Shown here: piece by piece, positions 51,982 to 64,000 of the stretch
Layout: every line of letters begins with the position of its first letter
How positions within the stretch are numbered: the stretch's first letter is position 1
Assembly: GCA_964658305.1 (NCBI GenBank)
Contig: OZ210886.1
Location: 496,001 to 560,000 of the forward strand
Reading direction: 5' to 3'
Length of the DNA stretch: 64,000 nt
Source: Leptogorgia sarmentosa
Lineage: Eukaryota
Notes under the pieces: generated by a model
Databases searched by the model: none
The model's input: the letters and a program-made list of their open reading frames with translations, nothing else
What the model was told of the DNA's origin: nothing
Position numbers and translations under genes: made by a program

Positions 51982-52948
51982 TCTGCAGCCATGGCCAGTT
52001 CTAAACGTCAAGTTTCCGTAGAATTGGTTAGCCTGGAGAAACCGGCGTTTTAAATAATTTTATTCAGTATATTTGTATTACGATCACGAAATGCTCTCGT
52101 GACAAGTTGATATTCAACTCCGGACGACTGAAACAGCCCTGATTTGCCCACAGTTTATGAAACAATGAAACAAAAATATAGATTTGTAAGCGTGAAAGCA
52201 CGATGGGATTATGCGGTTTATTGTATAGCATTTTCCACGTCCGTTTGGTCAATCCGCGTATTATTACAGCATAATAAATAGTGAAGGTGACGCTGTTAGC
52301 CCACCCAAGAAACCCGCTGGATACAAACCAAGAAGAAACAATGAACCAGGTGTCCAGACCAAGCAAAAGAACATTATTGTAGATTTAAAGACGTATAAGA
52401 AGCGTAAAAACCTGGTAAAACCAAACCAAAGAAATGTAAAACCAACGAACCAACCAAAGAACCAACCAAAGAACCAAACAACCAGAACTGTGAAGAGGTT
52501 CAGCAGGGTAACAATCTATTTTTGGAATGTTCCTACATTGAAGACTCAACATCTCACAAGAGAAAATTTTAAACATTTAAAACAGATTATCTACTGATTG
52601 CCCGACCACTTCAGAGTCTTAACTCTACCTCTCCTATTGGCTCGTTCCGGTGCACGATATTATAATGAAACAATAAATGGTAAAAATTGAGGGGGACAAT
52701 TATATATTCGTCTCCACGGGCCCCGGACGAACCCCAGCCCCATCACCGCCACCCACCCAGCAGTTCTAAATAGATCAGAGTTACATCTAGTGGGCATACT
52801 TCATGTTATACAACATAAAAATCAGAAGATATGCTATGAGATTACGTCATTATGATGAATAATCAAAATTGAAAATTGAAAGGAAGCTATAATATTTTAC
52901 TGTTTTCTAGTTTTCCCGAATTTAATCACACTGTTATATATTTGGAAC

Positions 52949-55900
52949 ATGCTTTGGTTTAAAGGATCTGTATCAGAAGCTATTGCAGAATCAAGAAGGA
53001 TTCGATCTTTATTTATTGTTTATATAAAAGGTACATATGCATACTGTATTTAAAATGTTCATTGACCAAATATCTTGTATAATTATACTAAAGTTTTTAC
53101 ACAAATATAATGTCATTGTTGTATATATTGTAAGTGAAACCTTTAAGGCGAAATATAATATTCATTAGTCATATTTATATGCAGTAGCCAACGGCTGTAA
53201 ACACATGTTTAGGATGCCCTAACAGCCTAACTATAATTATACACATGTGCTTCATGAATCAGGTAATGATGAGCAGTCAAAGAAAATGGATGCTGTTTGG
53301 GAGAACGAAAAGGTGACATTTCTTAAATGGTCTGCTATAAAATCATGTTTTTTAAACGTAATGATGGTTTAAACTAAACTACCTGTCCATTCTTTAAATC
53401 TATGTTCCAATCCATCACACTGTTGTTGCAAATATTTGTACCTGTGTCATACGAAACTCTTATATGTAATACAACTTTTAATATGTACTTTTGTCTAGAT
53501 AAAAGAAGTTTGCTTGTCAGATTGCACTGCTATACAATTACTTGCCAATAGGTAAAATTAAATTATCCAGTATTATGTACTCTCCTCAAACAAGCTCCTC
53601 CTTGACAATGCAAATATAACATTGATAATGCATATTTTGGTGCTATCATACAATTGTTATGTTATACATTGCTATTTGCTAATGTTTATTTACTGCATCT
53701 GACATTGCATGAGCAAGCCTAGACTAGTAAGTCTTAGAGGTTGAGGAACTTTTGTGGATCGGTGGAGGTCAAGGAAGACACAGAAGCTAGTCCACAGAAG
53801 GAGTACTGTACAGAGAACCAAGAATCAAAAGGCACCTCAATCCAGGGACTGCACTGTATTACACTCTCTCTATATATAGATTCAATGATATCTTGTTTTT
53901 TATAGTACTGAAGTGGAGCAATTTTCATCAATTTGTATCCTTTGTTGTCCAGTATATAGTATGGTTTTAGAATAAAGCCATTCAGTTCAGATGTTTCATT
54001 GCTCTATTTAAGGCTATGCAATTTAACCTGCAATGTGCTACCAGTGCAGCATGATTAACCCATCAAAGTGATAAACTAACTATCCCTTTCAGAATGACGA
54101 TTTTTGGGAAAGTTGGGAGGTACATTGTCTTTACCGTTCATCCATAGTTGTCAAAGAGTAAAATAAGTGACATATAATACCCTTTCAAAATGCTACAATT
54201 CATAGCAATGCTACAATTTCGTGTATTTATTATCAAAAAAGAATTAATCTTAACTGGAATGAGATCCTGTCGTATGCATTCCTTGTACATTTTTTCTGGA
54301 TGGTGCAGGAACGCCATTGGAGATTATCGCTGCCTCACTGCCTGTTGAACAGTTTTTGGACAAAGTACAGCAAACAATTCAGGTACTAACAATTCAGCAA
54401 ATAATAGAGCGTCTGTGGTGGCAAGCATTTTGAACGAATTTTATAGTCCCAGATGTAATGAGCGGCCGTGTTGTATCAGATAAACAATTTCAATAGCGTC
54501 AGTATGTGACTTAACCTTGTTTTTCTGTAGAAACATCGTGTTAAATTTCCCAAAGTGGAGTCTTGTCCTCAGGCAACAGTTGAGTCTGCCTCTTTACCAA
54601 GTACCTCAGTACAATCTGGTGCGTCCACAAGCAATGGAGCGGTATGTTAAAATTACTTTATTAAGTTCACAGTAAATCTAGCTGAAATAGAAAATTTATT
54701 AGGATGGTGAAAAAGTATTCACAAATATTTAGCAAATGAAACAGGAGCTTTGTGAAAAATGAAACATTGGTTGAGCCCCATTGAAAACTCCTCGGAAATG
54801 AAACTGTATAGTTGTTATCTACCGGATGGTTCGTAAATAGTTTTAATGGCGCTGTAGCTACGTGCCTTGCACACATATGACAAACATCAAATCATCACGA
54901 AAGTATTTCGTGCATTTAAATTGGACAAGAGTCACCAATGTTCGTTTACTCTTACTAGCCAGCTCATTGGGTAGAAACACATGGTCGTATGAAATACCTT
55001 AGGATGCAAATGTGAATTTTGATTCGCACAAAATAATTTTTAAATTATACAACTTTGATTTTTAGGAAGAAAGAGATAACGCTCAACAAGCTTTGGATGA
55101 TAGAGTTGCAAGGTTGAATATTTGCTTCTGAATATCTTTATGTTTTGAATATCTGAGACCAGTGGGGGACAAGTAAATAATGAGGGAATGATATGTATTT
55201 TGCCTGTTTTGTTTCTTAGAGCAAAGAAGTTAATTGAGGAGAAGAAGAGAGAAAAAGCAGAAAAAGAAAAGGAGGTTGGTAAAATGTCAATTTTGTCAAA
55301 CCTGTCTAGGTTGTCAAACCAGTGTAGGCAGCAGATGAAAAATAGCAAAAACTCCGTTTAAAAAGGATGAACAATTTTCCAATCATTCAGCATGCGCGAC
55401 GAAAAGAAGTAGAAAGAAGGAATGAAGGACAAATGTTATCAAAAGCAAAAGCTGAGAGGGAGGGAATGCTTGCTCAACAAATGGCTGAGAGGATCAAAAC
55501 TGAGAGGGCAAGAGACAAGGCTGCAAAAGACGCCATTCGGCAGAAGATTGCGCAAGATAAAGCAGAACGTGCCGCCCGAGAGGAAATACAAAAACAAGAA
55601 AGACTGCAAGCAGCAGCGAGGATAGATCCAACATTAAATCAAAATGAAACTGCAGTAGAATGGTAATTCAAAATCTTTTGGCATGAGGTTAGTTTGTTTT
55701 ATTTGGACATTTTGATCTTTAACTGTATTGCATTTTTAGTGTGGAAATTCGTCTTCAGTTCCGTCTGCCTGATGGTAGTACAGTGACGCAAAACTTTCCT
55801 CCTGATGCTCTCCTTGACACAGCAAGAGACTTCATTTGTTCGGTTCGTATTCATTCGTTTTCTTAAGACCTGGAATACCCTGCGATTCCCGTTTCCCGAG

Positions 55901-57098
55901 GGTCTTGTTGATCCAAATATTTTCTTCAAAATTGCTCTCAAATTTATTTTACAACTTTTGCAAAATGCACATAGAATTTCCCAATTTTGTCAATTTGTCC
56001 CCGTAAATTTGAAAACTGAACCGGATTATACTCTGGTAACTCTTTTTGTATCATTTAGCGGATCAATTTTAAAAAATCAGTGACCTTTTGGACTACGTTT
56101 CCCCGTAAACATCTTGGAGACGAAGATTTTACGAAAACTCTCAGTGAACTTGGTCTAGCCCCAAGTGCTGCTTTGATTGTTGATACGGTAAGGTATTACG
56201 CTTACCTGAAAAATATAAAATGAATATTGACGTTTTGATCCAATGTTCTGGCCAAACCTCATTCAATAATTATTTATTATCATGTTGTGGTTGTCGTACC
56301 GTATTTCTTTTCATTATGTCTGTGGAGGTTCATGGCAGAAGCCAGGTTTTTCCAGTGAACACACATATAAATGTATTTCTATAACATTACAGACATCACC
56401 AAGCATGTCAAGGAGTTCTAGTGCATCGAACAGTTCGTCTTCTATTACTTCGCTTCTCTCACTCATCTTGGCGCCATTTTTGGCCTTGGTTTCATTTATC
56501 AAATTGCTTTTGTTTGCGTCACCCCAACCGCTTGAAGGAGCTGTACAGCAGGAAACAAACCAAGACAGAGCAACAACAACAACTAGTACTGCTGCAAGGT
56601 AAAAAAAAAAGCTGGGTTATGGTGATAGATAGTAATGGTATAGTGAGCTACTTCATACATGTACAATGAGCTTAGGAGAAAATCAAGGTTGAATTTGAAG
56701 CGCCGGTGCATGTAAGTTCAAAATAAAGTTAAATATCTCGAGAAGGAAGTGAATTGCAAGAATTCTACGAAAGAAGTTATATCGTCATTTAAAGAGATCT
56801 TTGCACAATGAAATGAATTCAGACAACCTAAATTTAATGCATTTTGGATGAAATTCAGATTCTAGCCCAAATTCTTTGATTTTCCGATCAATTACCAGGA
56901 AAAATTCATTCAGTTTTAAACTCATCTTTTTTCAGTACGTCTTCTTCTCCTGCGGCATCCCAAGTACGTAAAAGAGCGAAAGATGAGCAAAACGAAGAGC
57001 GCTTCAAGAAAGATGGGAAGATTCATTCCTTTAAACAAAATGACAATGGTGATGACGAGAACAACACGTGGAATGGAAATTCGACGCAGCAAATGTGA
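52949..57098 (+). CDS. UBXN4: UBX domain-containing protein 4 (erasin)
   Basis: Exons 52949-53030, 53263-53312, 53499-53551, 53906-53934, 54264-54382, 54531-54641, 55066-55112, 55220-55274, 55391-55662, 55740-55842, 56059-56187, 56393-56598 and 56936-57098. N-terminus MLWFKG, FSSIYPVVCIP, coiled coil, UBX domain (RLQFRLPDG..TFPRK..ELGLAPSAALIV), hydrophobic hairpin and C-terminus DENNTWNGNSTQQM. Confidence 0.96.
53935..54263 (+). other. U12-type GT-AG intron in UBXN4
   Basis: 5' splice site GTATCCTTT; branch point TCTTAAC at 54248-54254, 9 nt from the intron end; GAG acceptor without a polypyrimidine tract. Splicing restores FSSIYPVVC. Confidence 0.88.
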
Positions 57099-57522
57099 CA
57101 GTTTATATGCGGCCGCTGCTTTTCTCTGATAAATCGCCAGAAATTTAATTTGTCGTGTGGAACTGGAACTCCGTGAAACCAAGTACTCTACCGTACATTC
57201 GTGTCTGCAAACCAAGATAGTTCATGTAGTTTTATTTGTTGTTTGTGGGCACATTACGTATTGCTCCTGCACAAATATCGTATGCGCAATTTTGCACAAA
57301 ATATAATCCTTTTAAAATTTGCCTTCCTTCCCTTGCGCACTTTCCTCCCCTCCCGTACCTTCCTCAGTCACCTTCTACTCCCAGCGCTGAAATGCTCTTA
57401 CCTTTCTTGGTGGACTTGAATAAATATTAGAGCTACAATTAGTACAATTGATTCGCTGATAATATGAGGGCACGACGATCAAAACTTAGCAGTAGGACTG
57501 GAGCAAATTTTGCCAAATGTAA

Positions 57523-57758
57523 GCTGGTTTTCATTTCTTTTCATCTACCGGACTGACGTGACATTTTCAGATTTTATCGTTTTTCGCTCTTTAATTATTC
57601 GGTATAAATAGCGTTAAATCGGTTGCCAAAGGGGTAAGGACTATGTTAGGACTTAGGAAAGTTCTTAGGGATAGGTTTGAGGTTTGGACACTTCCTCACT
57701 TCCTAGTCTTGGTAAAATGTCATGTCAGTTTGGTAGATAGAAATAAGTGACGACCATC
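57523..57758. mobile_element. PIF/Harbinger-like MITE between UBXN4 and TACO1
   Basis: Imperfect TIR (TCTACCGGACTGACGTGACATTTT vs AAAATGTCATGTCAGTTTGGTAGA) with TAA on both flanks and internal degenerate TTAGG repeats. Confidence 0.6.
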
Positions 57759-57996
57759 TAAGTTAGTAATGAACATTGTTGGCTAATTTGCTTGTGAATT
57801 ATATTAATATGTACCCGTAGGTAGTATAATAAATGTTGCCTCCACACACACCGTTGGTTTACTAGCATTTGTTGTCTGAGAGACTGAACTCTGAAGAGGC
57901 AAGAGGAAAATTCGGTTTAAACAGGCTAAATAAAGTATTGACATGTGAAATACTCAATCCCGCTGAATTTTTTAATGCTGGCTCAGAAAATCCAAT

Positions 57997-59839
57997 ATGG
58001 CGGTCAGCCAATGTATTTCAAAATTTGTACTTTTTCATGATTGTTTTAGACTTTCAGCATCAGCGACAAGGCTGATGAAAAGGTCAATGGCCGGGCACAG
58101 CAAATGGGCAAATATTAAGTTTAAAAAAATGCACAGAGACATTGCAAGAGCAAAGATTTTGGGAAGATTGCACAAAGAAATTGTCACAGCTGTTCGAGGT
58201 GAAATAACTAGAATCTGAGTAAATTCACGAATAAGTGTATTGGTACTGTTGTGTATAACCATAGTTTTATACGAAGTATATTCAATGTTCATATTTAGAG
58301 GGTGGTGGCCCTGATCCAACACTAAATACCAAACTGGAGCATTTGATTGAGCGTGCAAAAGCAGCAAACATGACTAAAGACAAAATTGAATCTGCCATCA
58401 AGTCAGGTGTGAAGGTAGCTTGGTTATTGCAATTCATATTTACATTCTTGAAGAGTTCTTTTGAGTTCTTTTGTCTGGCCACATTTAAAAAAATTACTGC
58501 TATCATTTTCCAGAACACAGGTGAGGTGAGTCATAATTTATTGATAGAAGGTCATGGACCAGGAGGATGTGGAATATTGGTTGACACATTAACATCAAAC
58601 AAAATACGAACAAGAACAGAGATAAAAACTGTATTTACTAGAAATGGGTAGGTATAACTGCTATGCTGCTATATCAGGGAACTTGTACTGTAAAATAAAG
58701 TACAATAGTAAATACATTGCAGTATTTCATAGCAGTAGAATGCAGTTCTACAATTTCTTCTTTCTTTCCCAGAGGACATGTTGGCGATGAAGGCTCTGTG
58801 TCTTTTATGTACGCACACAAAGGTGCCGGTACTATTTTTAAAGCTCTTCCGCTGGATCATCTCGCATTCACACTTTGAGGCAATCTGAGGCCCACAAATA
58901 CTGTCATGATTACCCTACATATCACTATATATATTACTTTAGTGAATGTTTCCAATTGGTGGCAGCAAAAATTGGCTAACTAAAAGTGCGGATTAATACA
59001 TGCATGTAATAAACATGCATGTTTAATTTTTCAATGTTTTCCATACAGGGATAATAAATATAGAGAATACATGGTTTCCATCGCAAAATGACGAAGACCT
59101 ATTAAACAAGGTTGGTGAAACCGACTTGTCGCTGACCCGAAAAACACTGCAGGTATAGATTGCAGGCATACCTCGGGCATATGCGAATCAGGCTTTAGTT
59201 ACTCAGTGATAATACAAATTTACGATTCCACATCATTCATGAACATGATGTTGCCCTTGTGTCGCTAAAAAGCCGACTAAAGCACAACATTACAGTCTTG
59301 TGAACCAAACAAACCAAAAACCAGCAACATCAAATAGAAATTAGAAAACAACAATTTTTTAAGAATTTGCCGCTAATGATTTATTACTGGCTATATATTA
59401 TGGATAAATTGCATAGGCAGAGGAATTAGCCATTGATGTTGGCGCTGAAGACGCACAGATTGGAAATAACGTTGATAACTCGAAATTTATACAAGTAATC
59501 TATTACTTTTATCTTTGACTAGCTCTTGTTGTCTCTTTTGAATTACGATCTTTTGACTGGAACGTCTTTTCAAACATCCTTTTATAATACGGGTATTTTT
59601 TTTAGTTTATCTGTGCACCAAGTGACTTGATACAAGTCTCAAATAAACTGACGAAAGAAAATTCCTGCAACCTTCTCTCTGCCAACTTGGAGTATCTACC
59701 TCAGACTTTCATTGAACTGAATCAAAGTCAACTTGAAAAGGTTCATAAATTACTTGAAAAAATTAATGAACATGAAGATGTTGTGAAAACATACGACAAT
59801 ATTCAAAACTATCTTGGCGAGACTGACGCATATTCATGA
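57997..59839 (+). CDS. TACO1: Translational activator of cytochrome c oxidase 1 (YebC/PmpR family), mitochondrial
   Basis: Exons 57997-58198, 58299-58414, 58514-58647, 58773-58822, 59049-59110, 59417-59494 and 59606-59839. An Arg/Ser-rich presequence precedes MAGHSKWANIK, GGPDPTLN, EGHGPGG, AIDVGAED and EHEDVVKTYDNI. Confidence 0.95.
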
Positions 59840-59884
59840 CATGTAACTGCATATTCATGACATGTAACTGCATATTCATGACAT
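59828..59884. repeat. 21-bp tandem repeat spanning the TACO1 stop codon
   Basis: GCATATTCATGACATGTAACT, ~2.7 copies. Confidence 0.9.
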
Positions 59885-60121
59885 ATTTTCATAGAATATT
59901 ATTATCAAAGAGATTATATTACAATGTAATTTTTACAAGTATTTTATGTGAAATTCCTGAGGAATTAGAGATCAAATTGAACATGTGTTCCAAGTGTGAA
60001 TCTTAATAGAGAGTTTAAGCTTCAATTATGAATTGATCAAGTGAAAGAGTCTGGACGCTAATAATGATGTGTCCGACCATCACTGAGGTGTCCGACTGTC
60101 TACTTTATGTGGTGAATTAGA

Positions 60122-63100
60122 TCAAAAAAGTTTCTTCGAAACTTGACGAGCACTTCTTGCCCGTTGTTTTGCCGTGAACATCTTTTTTGCAGGATCTTCA
60201 TCTCTTTCATTGTGAGTGGCATTTATATTTTCCATAGTTTGTTCTAAAACCCTCGTCTTCACCTCGTCCCACAAACATTTTTGGCGAAATTTGTAGTACA
60301 ATGTATCATCATCTGGATAACTATAACAACAAGATGCATATGTACATGTAATCGTGCCTGAAAATTTGAATAATTTAAACCTGACAATTTTTGAAAAAGT
60401 CGAATAATTCGGCAGCTATAATGGCGCTAACCTTGAACTTACTGCACATTATCTCTACTTTTAGCATATATAAGATCTTACTTGTTTTCCAATGCCAAAA
60501 TTTTTGCAATTAACAGGGATTCCTTTGTTGCGTATTTGAAGAAAGTTTGTTTTTTTATCTGTAATATCTTCGCATTATCACTGACCAAGATGAGGTCCCT
60601 GGCAGTTTGTTGCAACACTTCACGAAGATTCTATAGCAATTTCATGCGAATAAAATAATATGTCATCACTGGTTTCAAGTAAGATAAAACAGAGAAATTT
60701 GAAATACCGTGGTTGACAAGCAATTTGCTTATATTAGGATACTGCCCTGCTGTAATGCTTATAATAGTTCTCATGTGCCAGATACGTAACAGCATTAATC
60801 GTCCCGTTTACGATAGTCCCATCTTACAAAGGTTATAGATGGACTAAAGCCTAAAATTACAAGGATAAATAATTACTCACAAAAACATCTCCCTTCTTCA
60901 TAGTGGCAATATTCAAAAAAACAGTTCTTGTGTTTAATCGACCAGATGTAAACTCTTTATTCAACAAGGTCGTTAGCTGAATGGATTTCCTGTGTTTCTC
61001 AGACGTTTTCTCCAGTTCAATGGTCGCATCCCGAGTCTTTCTATTACTTTCAAATGAAGAGCATTGTTTGTCATTTTTCTTTATCAAACAGTACTGTGCT
61101 TCGCCTGTGCAATGTGGCAAGTGGTTGTAGCTTTTTCCAAACGAAAATAACACTTCTTCTGCTCCTCCCATCTTTTTTAATTTGTCTTCTTTTTCTTTGA
61201 TGTTCCTGAGATGACGTACAATTGAGAAATAAAGATTAAAACCTCCCATAGAAGTGTTGACCTGTGGTGAAGGTTAACTATATAACTGACACTTTTCCTA
61301 TTTGACCATGTAGCTGCCAATAACCATGCATGCCATGATTCGATTGCACATTTACTCATGCAAACTTGGCAAGCAGAGTGCAATTCTTTTTAAGATAGGT
61401 ATTTTAGTTTTTGTTACTTTAGCATAACATTTTTGTTATGTTATGTTACTGGTATGTTATGTTATGTTATGTTATGTTATGTTATGTTATGTTGTTATGT
61501 TATGTTATGTTATGTTATGTTATGTTATGTTATGTTATGTTATGTTATGTTATGTTATGTTATGTTATGTTATGTTATGTTATGTTATGTTATGTTATGT
61601 TATGTTATGTTATGTTATGTTATGTTATGTTATGTTACCTTGACATAACTTCATGATCGTCATCTACTACGGTCTTTGCAATCCTTCTTAAGTCTATCTG
61701 TTCAATAGAGATCTGTAATTCATTCATGATTCCCACTTCTGTTGAGTACGAACGTGCCCGACCAGTGTCTGAATCAGTCACGCCAAGTGAAAGATACCAA
61801 CCACGATAGCAATTCTCTTCTTCCAAACGTCGAGATACAAAACTTGAGGAATGTTTGGGTCTCACATCAAATTCCAATGCTTTAATAACACTACACTGAC
61901 CCTATAACCAGAGTGGTAAACTTAAAACACCTTCATAGAGATAGCAAAAAAGAACTACATACGCAGGTTGACGAGTATTTAGTACTTTTATATAATCGTG
62001 TTGAATTGTGTCAGGAAAAATGCAAATGTTTGAAATTAGTCCATGTATGAGAACTATATACATCTCTACGTCTACAACAATGTGAAGCGGTTAAAATTGA
62101 TTTTGACTTATGACTATTACCTCCATGCAAAAGTAAATCCATTCCTCTTCATCTTTACTGTTTCTTACAATTACCTTGTTTGCTTTGTACTAAAAAAGAT
62201 TTGTTCAAATGTACTAAAAATCGTTTGTCAAATGGATTTTCGTGTGCGAAGTTTACCTCGTGTATCTGAGAATCTTGGCAAATGCGCTTTATTGTTCCTT
62301 CTTTCCAATGTTTAAATAGTGGTATATGTCTAAAATGGAGGAAATTGGATTGGAAACTATAGAACCTAAAGGAACAGCAATGTTATAACTACCGCAGTGG
62401 CTTGTGAAAAATAATTTCATTTGCATGGCTAAACTTTTTCTATTTTCGAAAACACATAATATAATATATAGGACAATACACTACCGACAAAACTCCCACT
62501 TCTCTCTCATCTCCCGTTCATAAATCTCAGAACAGACTTTACCAAAGACATGTTTATCTACGACCATGAGTTCTGCATCTTCCTTGACTGCCACAGATGC
62601 TGTACGACGTATGTTTCGTAATAAGGCGACTTCCTTCAGTAGAAAAAATCCAGAGAAAGAATGACGACGAAGAAATACATGCAACGGGCTGTCATTGCAA
62701 TAGTTATATTTGCCTGCTCCGATCGTCACGTCAAATAGTTTTGATGATCGGGAATTGTTATGAATGCTTCTACCGCGTTTATGTGTACCGTTCATTTCAA
62801 TTCTCAAAGGTATAACTACGCACGTTTAAAAAGAGCTGATTTCTATACAGCTCTTGGACACCCTAGCTGTATTTGAGAAGTGAAAGCATGCGCAACTTTG
62901 TCCTTCCGCTGATTTTACTGTATCGTTAACTTACCCCAAAAGCATCACCACGCTGTAAAATACTGACAGTTTTAAAAACTATTTCATCTGTTTCAACATG
63001 TAGCCCTTCGATATTGATGAAGACAGAACCGCTGAAAATGAAATAAAATGCAAGTCCGACATGTCCCTTGCGAAGGACTACGCGTGGATACTTGATCCTA

Positions 63101-63577
63101 AAAAAGAAATGAATTCAATATTGGTCATCAAAATAAGAAATAAATTATATGTAGCCTTTCTTGTGCTATGCGAACAAGCCCTGAAATCTGGATGTACATG
63201 CATATGCATAGCTGTAGTTTGAACATAGTTTTGTTTCAACAAGGTTGCCACTACAGTCTGTTTCATCCGAGTGGAACCATCAGGTGGCCGTCGGATGGAA
63301 CAGGCTGTAGTGCAACTTTTTTGAGGCAAAACTATAGAATTTACTGTGTATCTATATATCGATCTATATGGTATCGAGCACTCTTTTATATATATATATA
63401 TATATACCTTAAAAATCTCATTGAACGACACATCGCAATTTGAATTCGGCGAGTAAATTTGTCATAAGCAAGAAGACCTTGCATCATTGCGTGTATTTGC
63501 ACTATTTCTCGGTCTGTTCTTTCCGTTGGAGGTTTTCTTAAAATCACTTCTGCCCATTTTGGTACGTGTGAATAAAT
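60122..63577 (-). CDS. Cyclic nucleotide-binding domain-containing protein (CNBD2-like); 5' end not found in the window
   Basis: Exons 63577-63408, 63097-62935, 62633-62485, 62329-62257, 62189-62121, 61901-61639, 61205-60881, 60630-60482 and 60320-60122. Motifs KPPTERTDRE, VVLRKGH..FYFIFSGSV and GDAFGEVALLRNIRRTASV (phosphate-binding cassette), plus a second degenerate CNB domain with a long insert. Confidence 0.85.
61434..61637. repeat. (TTATG)n pentanucleotide microsatellite, ~200 bp
   Basis: Near-perfect array of about 40 units abutting a splice donor of the CNBD gene. Confidence 0.98.
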
Positions 63578-63755
63578 CTAAAAAAGAGTAAGCATACATG
63601 CAGTGGTGAGATATCTAAGCTTCTTCTTCACATTTTCTCCTTAGTTTACCTTAGTGACCAAAGTTTATAGTGTACGGTGTTTAGAGGTGCTCGTTATATG
63701 GATGTTCCCCTGTATAGCTATCCAGTGCATGTTTACCGAGGTGAAGTATACCTTA

Positions 63756-63990
63756 GGCCCGTTTTAGACTAGAATTTCCGTCGCATCGAATGCAATTCAA
63801 ACAAAAGATAATGAGAAAACACAGCTCATTAACTATTGTTTGAATTGCATTCATCCTTAGGCCCGTTTTAGACGTCGAATTTTCGTCGCGTCGAATGCAA
63901 TTCAAACAATAGTTAATGAGCTGAGTTATCTCATTATCCATTGTTTGAATTGCATTCGATGCGACGGAAATTCGACGTCTAAAACGGGCC
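63756..63990. mobile_element. Two adjacent PIF/Harbinger (Tourist)-like palindromic MITEs
   Basis: Complete copy 63860-63990: TTA|GGCCCGTTTTAGACGTCGAA...TTCGACGTCTAAAACGGGCC|TTA. A truncated copy in the opposite orientation lies at 63756-63852. Both are preceded by CCTTA. Confidence 0.85.
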
Positions 63991-64000
63991 TTACACACAT

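Noticed and set aside
57640..57690. TTAGG-like repeats as an interstitial telomere
   Set aside because: Few, degenerate and internal to a MITE.
57997..59839. YebC-like gene as bacterial contamination or horizontal transfer
   Set aside because: It has six spliceosomal introns and a mitochondrial-type presequence, so it is ordinary nuclear TACO1.
61433..61656. ORFs of repeated MLCYV
   Set aside because: Translation artefact of the (TTATG)n microsatellite.
62175..62189. 15-nt microexon in the CNBD gene
   Set aside because: The following intron would be impossibly short; the frame reads through to the donor at 62121.
1..64000. CRISPR array, operon, rRNA or tRNA genes
   Set aside because: No repeat-spacer array or structural RNA signature was seen; the sequence is spliced eukaryotic DNA.

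Overview
Intron-rich, AT-rich animal (eukaryotic) genomic DNA. Gene style and repeat families suggest a cnidarian, possibly an octocoral; this is inference. Eleven protein-coding genes were reconstructed by hand from splice signals and translation: an SH3+WW RhoGAP of the ARHGAP12/27 family (-, 5' part only), carboxypeptidase Q (+), an intronless class A GPCR (+) with a truncated paralogous relic upstream, INSIG (+), type II PIP kinase PIP4K2 (-), a full five-CC-domain RECK (+), an uncharacterised ~493 aa coiled-coil plus RWD-like protein (-), STARD3 (+), UBXN4 (+), TACO1 (+) and a CNBD2-like cyclic-nucleotide-binding protein (-, 5' end not found in the window). Many non-autonomous DNA transposons with readable TIRs and TSDs are present, but no intact transposase. 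Highlights: two U12 (minor spliceosome) introns; a twice-repeated SRE-like + NF-Y module in the INSIG promoter beside a hAT insertion; long open frames on both strands just past the RECK stop; a candidate furin-site cassette exon in RECK; and a gene set matching the human HOX-chromosome paralogon. No prokaryotic-type system, CRISPR array, rRNA or tRNA was seen. Exon coordinates were read manually and may be off by a few bases.
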